The position numbers and the translations under genes are program-made. The notes beneath the pieces are model-generated. The model was not told the DNA's origin. It ran no database searches and saw only the letters and a program-made list of their open reading frames with translations. From Methanobacteriota archaeon (GTDB lineage: Archaea > Thermoplasmatota > Poseidoniia > Poseidoniales > Thalassarchaeaceae), in the NCBI GenBank assembly GCA_011523055.1, contig WTHQ01000019.1, forward strand, positions 25,282 to 89,281: DNA of 64,000 bases. Reading direction: 5' to 3'. Below, piece after piece: positions 20,801-29,338 of this stretch. Positions within the stretch are counted from its first letter, which is position 1, and each line of letters starts with the position of its first letter.

Positions 20801-23800
20801 GTTATCTCTATCGTTGTTCCTTGCTCCGTGGTGATCGGGTTGTGATCTAAATTGGAGTCCAACAAAGAGACGGTCCAATCTCCAACAGGGAGTGCTATCT
20901 CGAAGTTCCCAATTTCGTCGACTTCGGAGGTCCAGGTTACTGCAGAGGACTCGTTGGTCGCAATGACGGATAGCCTCTCCCACCCTAGGATCGAATCCTC
21001 GTAAAGGTAGGTTCCTCGGTTCACGGTAACTATTCCCTCATACACCACTCCTTTTCGAGTTACGAGGCTGATGGGTTGGTTCTCCTCAGAGGTGAAGACG
21101 ACTAGTCCATCCACCAGGTTGCCCAAGCCGACCGTCGATGTTACTGTGACGTTTTCGCCCACGGGCAATGTGAATTCGAAATTACCATCCTCATCTGCCA
21201 CGGTGGATATCTCGAAGCCATCCCATCTCGCTACGACTTCGGCGTACTGGACAAAGTCATCCGGCCCAGGTGGGGTGTCATCATCCGATGTGAGAACTGT
21301 GCCCAGGAGCTGGGAGCTTGTTCTGAATTGAACTGTTTTGTACATGTCCTGATCGAGGGCTATTCGCTCCCATACCTGGGTGTTGCCAAGGGTGTAGTTC
21401 AATAGGTATTCACCGGGTAGTAGCTCTGCTTTGTAGGTCTCAGAATCTTGGTCATAAGCCATGTCAAAGACCTCATTGTTTGAAGAGTGCTGTATCTGCA
21501 AGTCGAGACCTCTGACCAAATCTCCAGTTTCAGATTGCAACGAGATTTCAAGATCGGCTGTGACAGGTACTATCAGATCGAGGGAGATGGCTCCTGACTC
21601 GGCGTCCTCTGGCGATAGCTCCGCCACGACATCGAAGAATCCATCGGAGTCGGAGTCGTATGATATCGTGTGTGGTCTTGCCGGGATCGGTCTAATTTCG
21701 ATGGTCCCACCCTCGCTGATGTCTATGGTGCAGGGCGACGATATTTTCAGGGCACAATCACCAGGTTCGTTCTGGCTCTGTAGGTCTGTATCAGTGAGTA
21801 CCACGCTCCCTGTGGCGGGAGTGCCATCTTCTTGCAGAAGGGTGGCGGTTACAGAGAGGCCGTCCACCTGGATGAGTCGGGTTTCCGTGGCAGGGGTCCT
21901 CAGGATGGAGAACTTCTCGGAAACTTCGACCTCCTGGCCGGTGTCCATTACAACGCTTACGCTGTATTCACCAGGGATGGCGTCTGATAAGTGGAAGGTG
22001 CCCTCACGTACCATCTGACCACTGAACACTCCGTCCCCTTGGAAGACACCGTTACCGGAAATTTTTCCAGAGGCCCCGTCCTGAACTACGAATCTACCAG
22101 CTGCTGTAAATGAGGCGTTGTCATAATGGCGAATGAACTCAGACTGACCGTTGGAGACGAATCTTCCCGTTGCATTCACTGACCCGGAGACCAGTATGTC
22201 GCCACTTTGGGTCAGACAGGTCTCAGAGCCGACAGGCATGGTGTCGTTGTCGCCACAGGTAGTCGGTTCGGATCCCTCGGAAAGGGCTCCGTTCAGGATA
22301 CCGTTCCCGTTGAAGGTTCCAGTACCAGAAACTGACTGGTTATTCCTTATCGTTTGGCTCAGTGTTCCTGTGAAGCCCTCTGCCCGTGCTGGGCTCGAGG
22401 AGTCGAACTGCCCGATCCCATCGAACACTGCACTGCCCTCTCCTGCGAAGTAGAGGCCCTCGCCCTCGATCGACCCGGATGATGTCGATATTGAGTAACC
22501 GGGGTGGGAAGCAGAGGGGTCGGCTGGCGTGAGGACGACCGTGGCGTTCTTTATCGGGTCGCCTGCAAAGGAAGGGTCTCCTGCCCACTGGACCTGCCCT
22601 GTGGAGGTGACGGCGGGTACGCTAACATCAACTGCCAGGGTCGCCTCTCCGTTGCTGTGCCCCTCCTCTCCGTCAACCATGATAACCTGAGAGCCCAGGT
22701 ATGTGGTTCCTGCAACCCCGCCCAGTATTGCGGTGATTGGGTTGATGGTTCGGTCCTCGCCGTCGACTTGCTCTCGGGTGATATCGGAAAGCATGTCGAA
22801 GGCGCCCGACTCTATCTGGGCCCTTGCATCGGTTTCGTCTACTGATCCGTAGAAAGCGCTAACCCTTATCTTCCCAGATGGTATGGTCGAGGTGAATTGG
22901 CCTAGGTCATTGGCCGTCTCGGATCCGATGGGTATCCAGTAGGTCCTGGGGTCGGTGTCCATTCCTTCCTCTGAGCTGAATGCGTCCCTCTCAATCAGAA
23001 TTTTCGCATTTGGCACCGGCTCCCCTGTTTCTAGAGTCACCGTGCCGGTTAGCGTGGCACCGCTGTAATACTTGAGTATCTTGACATTGGAGTTCGCATT
23101 TCCGATCGCGTTGTAGTACTGGCTGGGGTCGACACGTGGGTCACTCCAGTTGTAAATGTCAGGTGTGCCGTCGGCATCCGAGTCCAAGTAGTCAGAACCA
23201 TCGTCGTGGTAGTTCGCCAACACGAAGTGGTTCATCATGGCCCCCGGCAGGGCGTAAGCGTTCCTGAGGGGGGTGTCGGGGGTTCCTGATCTTGACCATG
23301 TAGGTCCGGGTTGCCCAGTATTACCAGGGTCGAGACCCAAAGAGGTAGTTCCATAGCCTACGTAAATTTTCGAGAGGAATGTCTCGAAGAACTCTGGCTG
23401 TTGGATGTAGTCAATGTCCTCAAGTGCGATTATCTGACTCTGGTCTGTTATTGCTCCAGACTGTTGTCGGACGATGTCATCAAGGTACTCCTGCTCATAC
23501 TCACCCGCCGTACGGGGGATAATCGGGCCGTCGCCCCTTCGAGTGAGGTAGCTGCTCGAGATGTAGTCTTCTGGATCCAGTCCCGCTAGGGTAGTGGGGG
23601 CATAGAAAATACCCGTGGTTTGGCCTCCGTGGTAATTGTAACCATCGTAGAAAAGACCACCGAGTGGGTATAGTCTGTCATCAATGGCGAAATATCTCAC
23701 GTCGGTGCTTCTCTGGGTGGTCTCCCCTATTCTACCCTCAAAGGTCTGTACTTCATGCTCTACCTCACTTAGGTCCGAAACTAGTCCTACTATCTGGTCT

Positions 23801-26800
23801 AGGTTGAGTGTATGGGTGATGAATGCTCTGCCAACCGCCAGTTTCGCGTTGTTCCTGTGGATTCCGGTTGACAGGTCGTTGTAGTCCTCAATCAGGTCAG
23901 AAGTGTACCTGTAGTCGCCAATAATGTAGTGAGTTGGGCTGGGGGAGAAGTAACTGGATGAGGACCTAGTTGTGTTGAAGAGACGCATGGCTTCGTTTGG
24001 GTCGTCCATGCGCTCACCGACTATCTCTCCGTCCTCGAGCACGTACCAACCAGACTTGGAGGGCAGACCGGTAGTTGACAAGAATGACCCACTTAGTAGT
24101 TGGACACCACCATCCTCGTGTATGAGTGCGAGCGAACGTGCCTCCACGTCTTCTACCGACATGCTGTGTATTCTCTCTAGTTCCCTGATTTGATTATCCT
24201 GGAAATAATGGCCTAGTGCCTCCCGATTGTCTTCATCTGTGACTCCACCCATTCTGAGGGCGTTCATTACCAGCAGGGCGAGGACGTCCTCCTGGCCTGA
24301 GCTGAGTAGGATGTTCCCCGAGATTGGTATTCCAGATTGGAAATTGTCTGCGACCGTGGGGTGCTGTCCGTGGGAAAGCGCTTGGAACCCATAGTCCCAC
24401 CAAGATAGGAAGGCAGGGCGTTCTGTGAAGGCGGTTTCTGAGTCCTGTTCGGATAGCCACTCATAGGCCATGTTCCAGCCCCCTCCATTGAAGCCTGGCC
24501 CAAAGGTACCTAGGTACCAACAGCCACTCGTGCAACGCTCGTCCGGCGAGTATTGGTTGGAGTTGAGGACGGAGAAACCTAGAACCTCGTACCGCAGCAC
24601 ATCCGGCATTATCCCCTGGATGGTCTCATCAACGTCACCAGCAGAAGAGTCACCACGGGGTATCCCTGAATCTATGCCGTAGGTGGCGTGTTGGGAGAAA
24701 ACGATGAGCAGGACCATCAGCGCAGCTGGTACGCCTGGCCTTGATCGGCTAGCGGAGAAAGTGCTGTTGAACCGTGCCCTTGGAGATCCGATGCCTGTTT
24801 TCTTCCAGTGTTTGACAAATTCTGCTGGGTTGGCGTAAGCCCACATGGCAGTGAGACCTATGCCGCCTACGACTGCCATCGGGGGCCCTGCGTTGAATAT
24901 GAACCTACCAGCGGTCCAGGACATATAGGACGCGACAACTATCCATGTTCCTAGAGTGAATGATGCTGTGTCCTCGTTCCTTCCACCCCTCCACATCAGC
25001 ATAACCCCATAGCCAATCGCGGCGATGGTCACGATTGGGCCGAATGAGGCGAACAGGATGCCCCTGTCTGGAGCCTGTGCCTCTCCAATGGTTGAGAAGA
25101 CCTTGTTCTTCGAGAAGTAGAAGCCACCAGTGGTTAGGATGTCCCAACCGGCGTACCACCCAAGGGCCTGCAAGGCGTAGAGGACTCCCAACACGGTTAG
25201 CGTGAGCGTGGCAGTGGTTGTGAAGACCATGAGCCATGGTTTGTCCCTAGACGCGGAAATAACGTAACCAAGGCCGAGTGTGAACCCTAGCATGTAGATC
25301 ATGGGGGCCATGCCGCTTGGGTTTGTCAGCAGGTTCATCCCTGGCCAGATGTAGAATGGGAGCGGGATTATGATCGCGGCAGCAAGCATCTGTAGCATCG
25401 CGGATGTGATGGGAAGCGTGTCCCTCCCCCTAAACAGATTAAGGAATACTATGCCCGAGTACCCCAGGAAGAGGATTCCTGGCGCGTAGACGAATCCCTT
25501 CCAAGCAAGCCCAGCGGTTGCGAATGAGATTCCTGAGAGGGTCGCGTAGACCATGGTGGTCCTCTGCGAGTGCCACATGAACCTGATTCCCGCGAGGATG
25601 TACAAAGGGTTCCAAGAGGTTCTAGAGAATAGACGATCCTGCCTCATGCCCATCATGGACCTGACCCACCAGTAGAATCCCAGTGTGAGGAAGAACATGG
25701 CGAATGAATCGTGGTCTGCCAACCCGAAGGTCGAGTGAGTGATGTGGCCCGGCATGAATGCTATCAACCAAGCAGATGCGATGCCTGCCAGAGGGGAGTG
25801 GAACCTTCTGGCCATCGCCGCCACGGGGAGCACTATTAGCGCGCCCCAGATTGCAGGCTGGGCTTCCACTGACCACCAAACTGCTTCCGAGAGAGACATG
25901 TCCGCCACCCACGACAGAAATATTCCTCCGAGGGCGAGTGACCATGAGAAGAGGGGCGGCCGGGGGTTGAGCCCCCCCACAGGGTAATTGCGGTCTGCGT
26001 CAAACACAAGGTGGGCCCTCTCATAGGCGACGTAATCGATGATTCGCTTCATGTACCATGGATCAGATCCCCCAGACATGTCCCACTCCCCGATAATCGA
26101 GGCGTTCATGGCAGGAATTACGTTCCACACGACTCGGACGATGAAACCTACTACGAGGGCCATGCCGACCAGGATGGCGTAGTTGTGATTTTGCCACCAC
26201 CTTCTGAGATGTGAAGGTTCCCTGAGGGGGGCCATAGCACCTAGATGTCCCCTTGAGGCCAGAACAATGATGCCGACATTCGACCAGAAGGTAATGAGCA
26301 ACCAAAGGATCATCGGATAAGAGCCGTCGTCTGTCAGAGCAGCAGGGAAACCGGATACTCCGACGTCACTCAATCTCCCAAGAGTGTAAATTACCCAATT
26401 CAGAGATGCCACGGATGCTAGGACATTCCATCTTTCTGCTTTGAATAGGCAGACGACCATGACCACAGCAGCGGAGAAAAGGCCCCAGAAGGGCCCGAGA
26501 AAGGCGCCATTGTCGTAGACCGATGGATCATCTATGGTAGCCAGCCAGACCATGGGAACCAGGAGTGAGGTCATAATCGCACCGGCAGCGAGATGGATGG
26601 ATTTGTTCTTGATGTCGAACGGCAGCTCCGAGAGCATGCCCGACCTGCTATTTCTGTCAAGGGTCTTGGACAGCATCAACGAGACGTAGAGGGCGCCCAT
26701 TACCATAACGGAGGCCATTGAAGAGAACCTAGCGCCCAGATAGGCGCGGGCGGCATCGGTCTGTGAGCCGTCCGGAATCTCTGAATTCAGCGCGTATATC

Positions 26801-27210
26801 ACAGCGAAGTAAATTCCGATGATGCTTCCGACGAGGAAATTCGCCTCAATCGGCCTGCCCTTCGAAGTCAGGACATGTGTCCCCATGGAAGTGAGGAGGA
26901 ATGTTATGCATAGCGCTGCAGGGGCGACAAGGGAGGCTCCAAGAGAGGTAGCTATGAGAATGGTAGGGGCTATCCAATCGTCGAGTTTCGTCACAGAGGG
27001 GTGCTCCGAGCTAATCCTCCCGAAAGCCGCGCCAGTGGCAGCCACGGCTGGAAGAGCGAGGAGGGCTATTTCGTCCGTCCATCCATTCAGTCCCGAGACC
27101 TGTGCAGTGATCAAGAACACAAAAAAGGCGGCTGCCAACAGGATTGGGCCGCCAAGTATGCCTTTCATCGAGGCTGCATCGGTGTTGCCGTTTTTGTCTA
27201 TCATTTTCAT
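17836..27210 (-). CDS. aglB: giant (3124 aa) membrane protein: extra N-terminal polytopic domain + AglB/STT3 oligosaccharyltransferase core + ~2000-aa Ig-like/beta-sandwich ectodomain + C-terminal TM anchor
   Basis: STT3 signature WWDYGFQ (codons at 24388-24402). EL1-type motif GSDPWYMKRIIDYVAYERAHLVFDADRNYP. TIxE-like TIGEAQAPD. More than 20 predicted TM helices in the first ~850 aa. Long ectodomain of repeated ~100-aa beta-sandwich units. Ends ...QVLMVVLIVILGGLLILLTRRPGRKPNAPF. Confidence 0.8.
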   Translation of the reverse strand: MKMIDKNGNTDAASMKGILGGPILLAAAFFVFLITAQVSGLNGWTDEIALLALPAVAATGAAFGRISSEHPSVTKLDDWIAPTILIATSLGASLVAPAALCITFLLTSMGTHVLTSKGRPIEANFLVGSIIGIYFAVIYALNSEIPDGSQTDAARAYLGARFSSMASVMVMGALYVSLMLSKTLDRNSRSGMLSELPFDIKNKSIHLAAGAIMTSLLVPMVWLATIDDPSVYDNGAFLGPFWGLFSAAVVMVVCLFKAERWNVLASVASLNWVIYTLGRLSDVGVSGFPAALTDDGSYPMILWLLITFWSNVGIIVLASRGHLGAMAPLREPSHLRRWWQNHNYAILVGMALVVGFIVRVVWNVIPAMNASIIGEWDMSGGSDPWYMKRIIDYVAYERAHLVFDADRNYPVGGLNPRPPLFSWSLALGGIFLSWVADMSLSEAVWWSVEAQPAIWGALIVLPVAAMARRFHSPLAGIASAWLIAFMPGHITHSTFGLADHDSFAMFFLTLGFYWWVRSMMGMRQDRLFSRTSWNPLYILAGIRFMWHSQRTTMVYATLSGISFATAGLAWKGFVYAPGILFLGYSGIVFLNLFRGRDTLPITSAMLQMLAAAIIIPLPFYIWPGMNLLTNPSGMAPMIYMLGFTLGLGYVISASRDKPWLMVFTTTATLTLTVLGVLYALQALGWYAGWDILTTGGFYFSKNKVFSTIGEAQAPDRGILFASFGPIVTIAAIGYGVMLMWRGGRNEDTASFTLGTWIVVASYMSWTAGRFIFNAGPPMAVVGGIGLTAMWAYANPAEFVKHWKKTGIGSPRARFNSTFSASRSRPGVPAALMVLLIVFSQHATYGIDSGIPRGDSSAGDVDETIQGIMPDVLRYEVLGFSVLNSNQYSPDERCTSGCWYLGTFGPGFNGGGWNMAYEWLSEQDSETAFTERPAFLSWWDYGFQALSHGQHPTVADNFQSGIPISGNILLSSGQEDVLALLVMNALRMGGVTDEDNREALGHYFQDNQIRELERIHSMSVEDVEARSLALIHEDGGVQLLSGSFLSTTGLPSKSGWYVLEDGEIVGERMDDPNEAMRLFNTTRSSSSYFSPSPTHYIIGDYRYTSDLIEDYNDLSTGIHRNNAKLAVGRAFITHTLNLDQIVGLVSDLSEVEHEVQTFEGRIGETTQRSTDVRYFAIDDRLYPLGGLFYDGYNYHGGQTTGIFYAPTTLAGLDPEDYISSSYLTRRGDGPIIPRTAGEYEQEYLDDIVRQQSGAITDQSQIIALEDIDYIQQPEFFETFLSKIYVGYGTTSLGLDPGNTGQPGPTWSRSGTPDTPLRNAYALPGAMMNHFVLANYHDDGSDYLDSDADGTPDIYNWSDPRVDPSQYYNAIGNANSNVKILKYYSGATLTGTVTLETGEPVPNAKILIERDAFSSEEGMDTDPRTYWIPIGSETANDLGQFTSTIPSGKIRVSAFYGSVDETDARAQIESGAFDMLSDITREQVDGEDRTINPITAILGGVAGTTYLGSQVIMVDGEEGHSNGEATLAVDVSVPAVTSTGQVQWAGDPSFAGDPIKNATVVLTPADPSASHPGYSISTSSGSIEGEGLYFAGEGSAVFDGIGQFDSSSPARAEGFTGTLSQTIRNNQSVSGTGTFNGNGILNGALSEGSEPTTCGDNDTMPVGSETCLTQSGDILVSGSVNATGRFVSNGQSEFIRHYDNASFTAAGRFVVQDGASGKISGNGVFQGDGVFSGQMVREGTFHLSDAIPGEYSVSVVMDTGQEVEVSEKFSILRTPATETRLIQVDGLSVTATLLQEDGTPATGSVVLTDTDLQSQNEPGDCALKISSPCTIDISEGGTIEIRPIPARPHTISYDSDSDGFFDVVAELSPEDAESGAISLDLIVPVTADLEISLQSETGDLVRGLDLQIQHSSNNEVFDMAYDQDSETYKAELLPGEYLLNYTLGNTQVWERIALDQDMYKTVQFRTSSQLLGTVLTSDDDTPPGPDDFVQYAEVVARWDGFEISTVADEDGNFEFTLPVGENVTVTSTVGLGNLVDGLVVFTSEENQPISLVTRKGVVYEGIVTVNRGTYLYEDSILGWERLSVIATNESSAVTWTSEVDEIGNFEIALPVGDWTVSLLDSNLDHNPITTEQGTTIEITITPVNSTLDLFAFIDTSGDGNFTNGSGVVADFRIVPLNPNGIERNLTTSTTGSANIELEPGNYVIETSILNPDETLFGTRILTGDTNLQVPYQPTSLARDIGFDPEGVVNVTILDQLLAPVPDLDVKFRNIDTDPVTVTTLRTNEDGNILALLPTGQTIIEIDGFEPGDNTVLGVRSHVEVIAGSESPEMTLELTEMATLNITILDTESSSPVAGQRLFLESQDGLGSVKMPITNETGSSSANVVPGNWSISHDEEVGGVRIVIQETHIDQVQAGQLREVTLQAQREVTLSGKVFWDFDKDGQADVAEGVSNATILVDDGQSTVEITTDESGTYSTLVRSNVTLSITVEKDGFATMEANTSIESAPVDLDVELTAGTVTARGSITYLGESVDPAWSDDIEILLVPREGFAMPSVSADKGGGQDWDGTWSVDLEPGRYVLQIRDESRNLVAFAPIFADLVDGGQADVDLVPGGWLVMNGSWIDYEGGLHSISSIDMDLDGSDILADEITLLMESGPSVEWRLAVPSNGEIRVLLPSGSVTVSGDFEVHQQDRTMAYEAGQSISIPSSTISDSFETAPIDLRFNRISNSAISASVGSSTSAIVDEAGILVAELDGMGGYDPIFVEVVIDYEGHETSDEFNIRATVPGTDSAEWAIQIDNGSGEYTDSTTLLMSIDDDQKTISVKITPPNSTVARHFPDGRAVAIQISSDNGVNEDVEVMVNVPKTTGWSLAEEPDELYGVRPGSQQNLQLTFQNDGNSDEVFAISFDDDALPEGWTRTGVQSVTVGAFESQAVSVVLSAPEAATDEPFSLTMYVIGGDQTEYQPVVLEVSAQFAVISIDRDSVSWLGGGKDPVYGSTQTVVLTVENNGLVEAGEVVVRADHKTSAQAELSGINASTVLSIPAGGQDTAFLDLNFSSLTQGDAWIVFSIESVDGKESSEDPYTKKYNLQSPSVDEAGNATQVLMVVLIVILGGLLILLTRRPGRKPNAPF

Positions 27211-27312
27211 TCACCCAGTACAGCCGAGGCTGTCCAGCATCGCGGCCACCTTGCCTCTCCATTTAAGCGGGACGGTCACATTGTCAACAGGGAAGTGGCG
27301 ATGACATCCCGA

Positions 27313-28578
27313 TCAGCGTTCCTCGAGAGCCCTGTGGCCTATGTCGCGCCTGTAGTGTCCACCTTTGAGTTCAACTTTGGACATTCGGGCATACGCATTC
27401 CGCACTGCGCCCTCAAGGTTGTCCGAGATGCCCGTCACGCTCAACACCCTCCCTCCGGAGGAAAGCACATCATTTTCCTCTCTCATGGTGCCTGCGTGGT
27501 GAATGATAGCCTCGATCTTTGAATCCTCTTCAAAGATTCCCGTAAGTGCTCGTCCTTTCTTGGGATTTTCTGGATATCCCTCGGATGCTAGTACGACCGT
27601 TGCAGCATGCTTCGGGCTAACCTCTAGGTCAAATTCTGACAATCTCCCCGTAGAGGTCGCCCAGAGGAGGTCTCCTAGGTCTGATTCGATTAGTGGCAGG
27701 GTTACCTGGGTCTCCGGATCCCCTAGCCTCACGTTGAACTCCACTACTTTGGGCATCTCTTCCTCTATCATCAGACCGACGTATAGGCAGCCTCTGTAAG
27801 GTGAAGTCTGGCTCGAAAGGTAATCGTACATTGGCTGTATGATTCTTTCGACAACATGGCACATGACGGATTCCGTGACGATTGGCGCGGGGGAATACGC
27901 GCCCATGCCACCTGTGTTTGGGCCTTCATCTTGATCATTGAGCCTCTTGTGGTCTTGGCTTGTTGGAAGAACCGAGAATCCGGATTCGTCCATTAGGACA
28001 AGGATTGATGCCTCTTCTCCAGGGAGAAACTCCTCGATTAGGACCCTACCGTCCATTTCTACCGCTTCTCTGGCAGCAGCCATAGCCAATGCATAGTCCT
28101 CTGTTACGGTCACGCCCTTGCCAGCAGCCAGGCCGTCTCTTTTGATCACCCATGGATTTGAGAATCCCTGCAGGGCTTCTTCGATTTGGGATGGGTGATT
28201 GATCACAATTGACCCCGCGGTCGGAATGCCCAAGCTGTCCATTATTCGCTTGGCGTGTTGCTTAGATCCCTCCAATTTCGCTCCTTCTGCATTGGGCCCA
28301 AAGCAGGGGACCCCCATTTCCCTAAGTCTGTCAGCCAGACCGGCTACGAGCGGGGCCTCAGGCCCAATTACCACAAGGTCTGCGTTCAGATGGGCCGCTA
28401 GTTCGCAGAGAGAATCAATGTCGTCAGCACTAACATCATGGTTCAACCCCACCTCAGATGTGCCAGCGTTTCCTGGTGCTATGTGAATTTCAGACACCGA
28501 TTTCGATTTAGCCAGTCCCAGCGATATGGCATGTTCTCTCCCACCAGATCCAACGATCAGCACGCGGCCATCCTTCAT
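27313..28578 (-). CDS. purD: phosphoribosylamine--glycine ligase
   Basis: MKDGRVLIVGSGGREHAISLGL N-terminus. ATP-grasp region and C-terminal GARS motifs (VLSVTG..., RRDIGHRA). Confidence 0.9.
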   Translation of the reverse strand: MKDGRVLIVGSGGREHAISLGLAKSKSVSEIHIAPGNAGTSEVGLNHDVSADDIDSLCELAAHLNADLVVIGPEAPLVAGLADRLREMGVPCFGPNAEGAKLEGSKQHAKRIMDSLGIPTAGSIVINHPSQIEEALQGFSNPWVIKRDGLAAGKGVTVTEDYALAMAAAREAVEMDGRVLIEEFLPGEEASILVLMDESGFSVLPTSQDHKRLNDQDEGPNTGGMGAYSPAPIVTESVMCHVVERIIQPMYDYLSSQTSPYRGCLYVGLMIEEEMPKVVEFNVRLGDPETQVTLPLIESDLGDLLWATSTGRLSEFDLEVSPKHAATVVLASEGYPENPKKGRALTGIFEEDSKIEAIIHHAGTMREENDVLSSGGRVLSVTGISDNLEGAVRNAYARMSKVELKGGHYRRDIGHRALEER

Positions 28579-28615
28579 GGCTCCCGCAAGGTGTAGGGGC
28601 ATATGACTCAATTCA

Positions 28616-29293
28616 TCAGTAGGGTACTGATTTCAGGCCCAGCTTGAAGCCGAGAATGTTGGTTAACCTGTGCATGACGGGCGTGAGAATTAGTAATCCG
28701 ATGACATATGGCCTCACGGTCTCCTCGAAAAAGATCGTGTCCTCGAACATGAGCGCTGTGCACGCGAAAATGGCTAACGCAAAGGGTATGGTGTCCAAGA
28801 GAGGGGCGCGTGAGGAGATTTCCCCCTCTCTCTTAAGGCCTCTTCGCCTTTTGAAAAACGACCCTATGCTGTCCCCAAGCATACAAGAAAATCCAAGCGT
28901 GAATCCAATGATTGCAGCAGAAACAATAGGATCCTCATTGTAGGCGAAGGATTCACTGGGCAGGTTTCCAACAGGATCCAGCAATGGCCGGTGTTCAGCG
29001 GTCGTCCTTCCACCCCATAATGTATGGGCGAGAACAGTTAGAACAGCTGAAAACACCGCGCCACCGAAGAGGCCTTCCCATGATTTTCCATCCCCTAAGA
29101 CCCTGTTACCATCGTACCAGTTTCTACCAAAGTCGATCTTGTGGCTTTGAAACTTCAGAATATCAGGGATCCACTTTCCAAACAACATAGCCCCCGTGTT
29201 GGCTAGATATGCTGGACCAAAGAGAATTATCACGGATATGACGTTTAAGACAACTTCCATCAAAGAATCACTCGGGAGCAACTCGCTTGCCAC
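28616..29293 (-). CDS. carS: CDP-archaeol synthase (CDP-2,3-bis-O-geranylgeranyl-sn-glycerol synthase)
   Basis: Close motif-level match to archaeal CarS: IDFGRNWYDGNRVLGDGKSWEGLFGG, MLGDSIGSFFKRRRG, and C-terminal KLGLKSVPY. Confidence 0.85.
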   Translation of the reverse strand: MASELLPSDSLMEVVLNVISVIILFGPAYLANTGAMLFGKWIPDILKFQSHKIDFGRNWYDGNRVLGDGKSWEGLFGGAVFSAVLTVLAHTLWGGRTTAEHRPLLDPVGNLPSESFAYNEDPIVSAAIIGFTLGFSCMLGDSIGSFFKRRRGLKREGEISSRAPLLDTIPFALAIFACTALMFEDTIFFEETVRPYVIGLLILTPVMHRLTNILGFKLGLKSVPY

Positions 29294-29338
29294 GATTCAG
29301 CGTGCCGACGCCTTTGACTTAACTATGACCTGTGTTGG

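Noticed and set aside
19439-22018. Several 170-185-aa ORFs on the plus strand (19439..19984, 20009..20527, 21461..22018) antisense to the giant AglB-fusion gene
   Set aside because: They are Ser/Thr/Pro-rich low-complexity translations, lack motifs, and lie entirely inside a strongly supported 3124-aa minus-strand CDS. This is the typical antisense-ORF artefact in repeat-rich genes.
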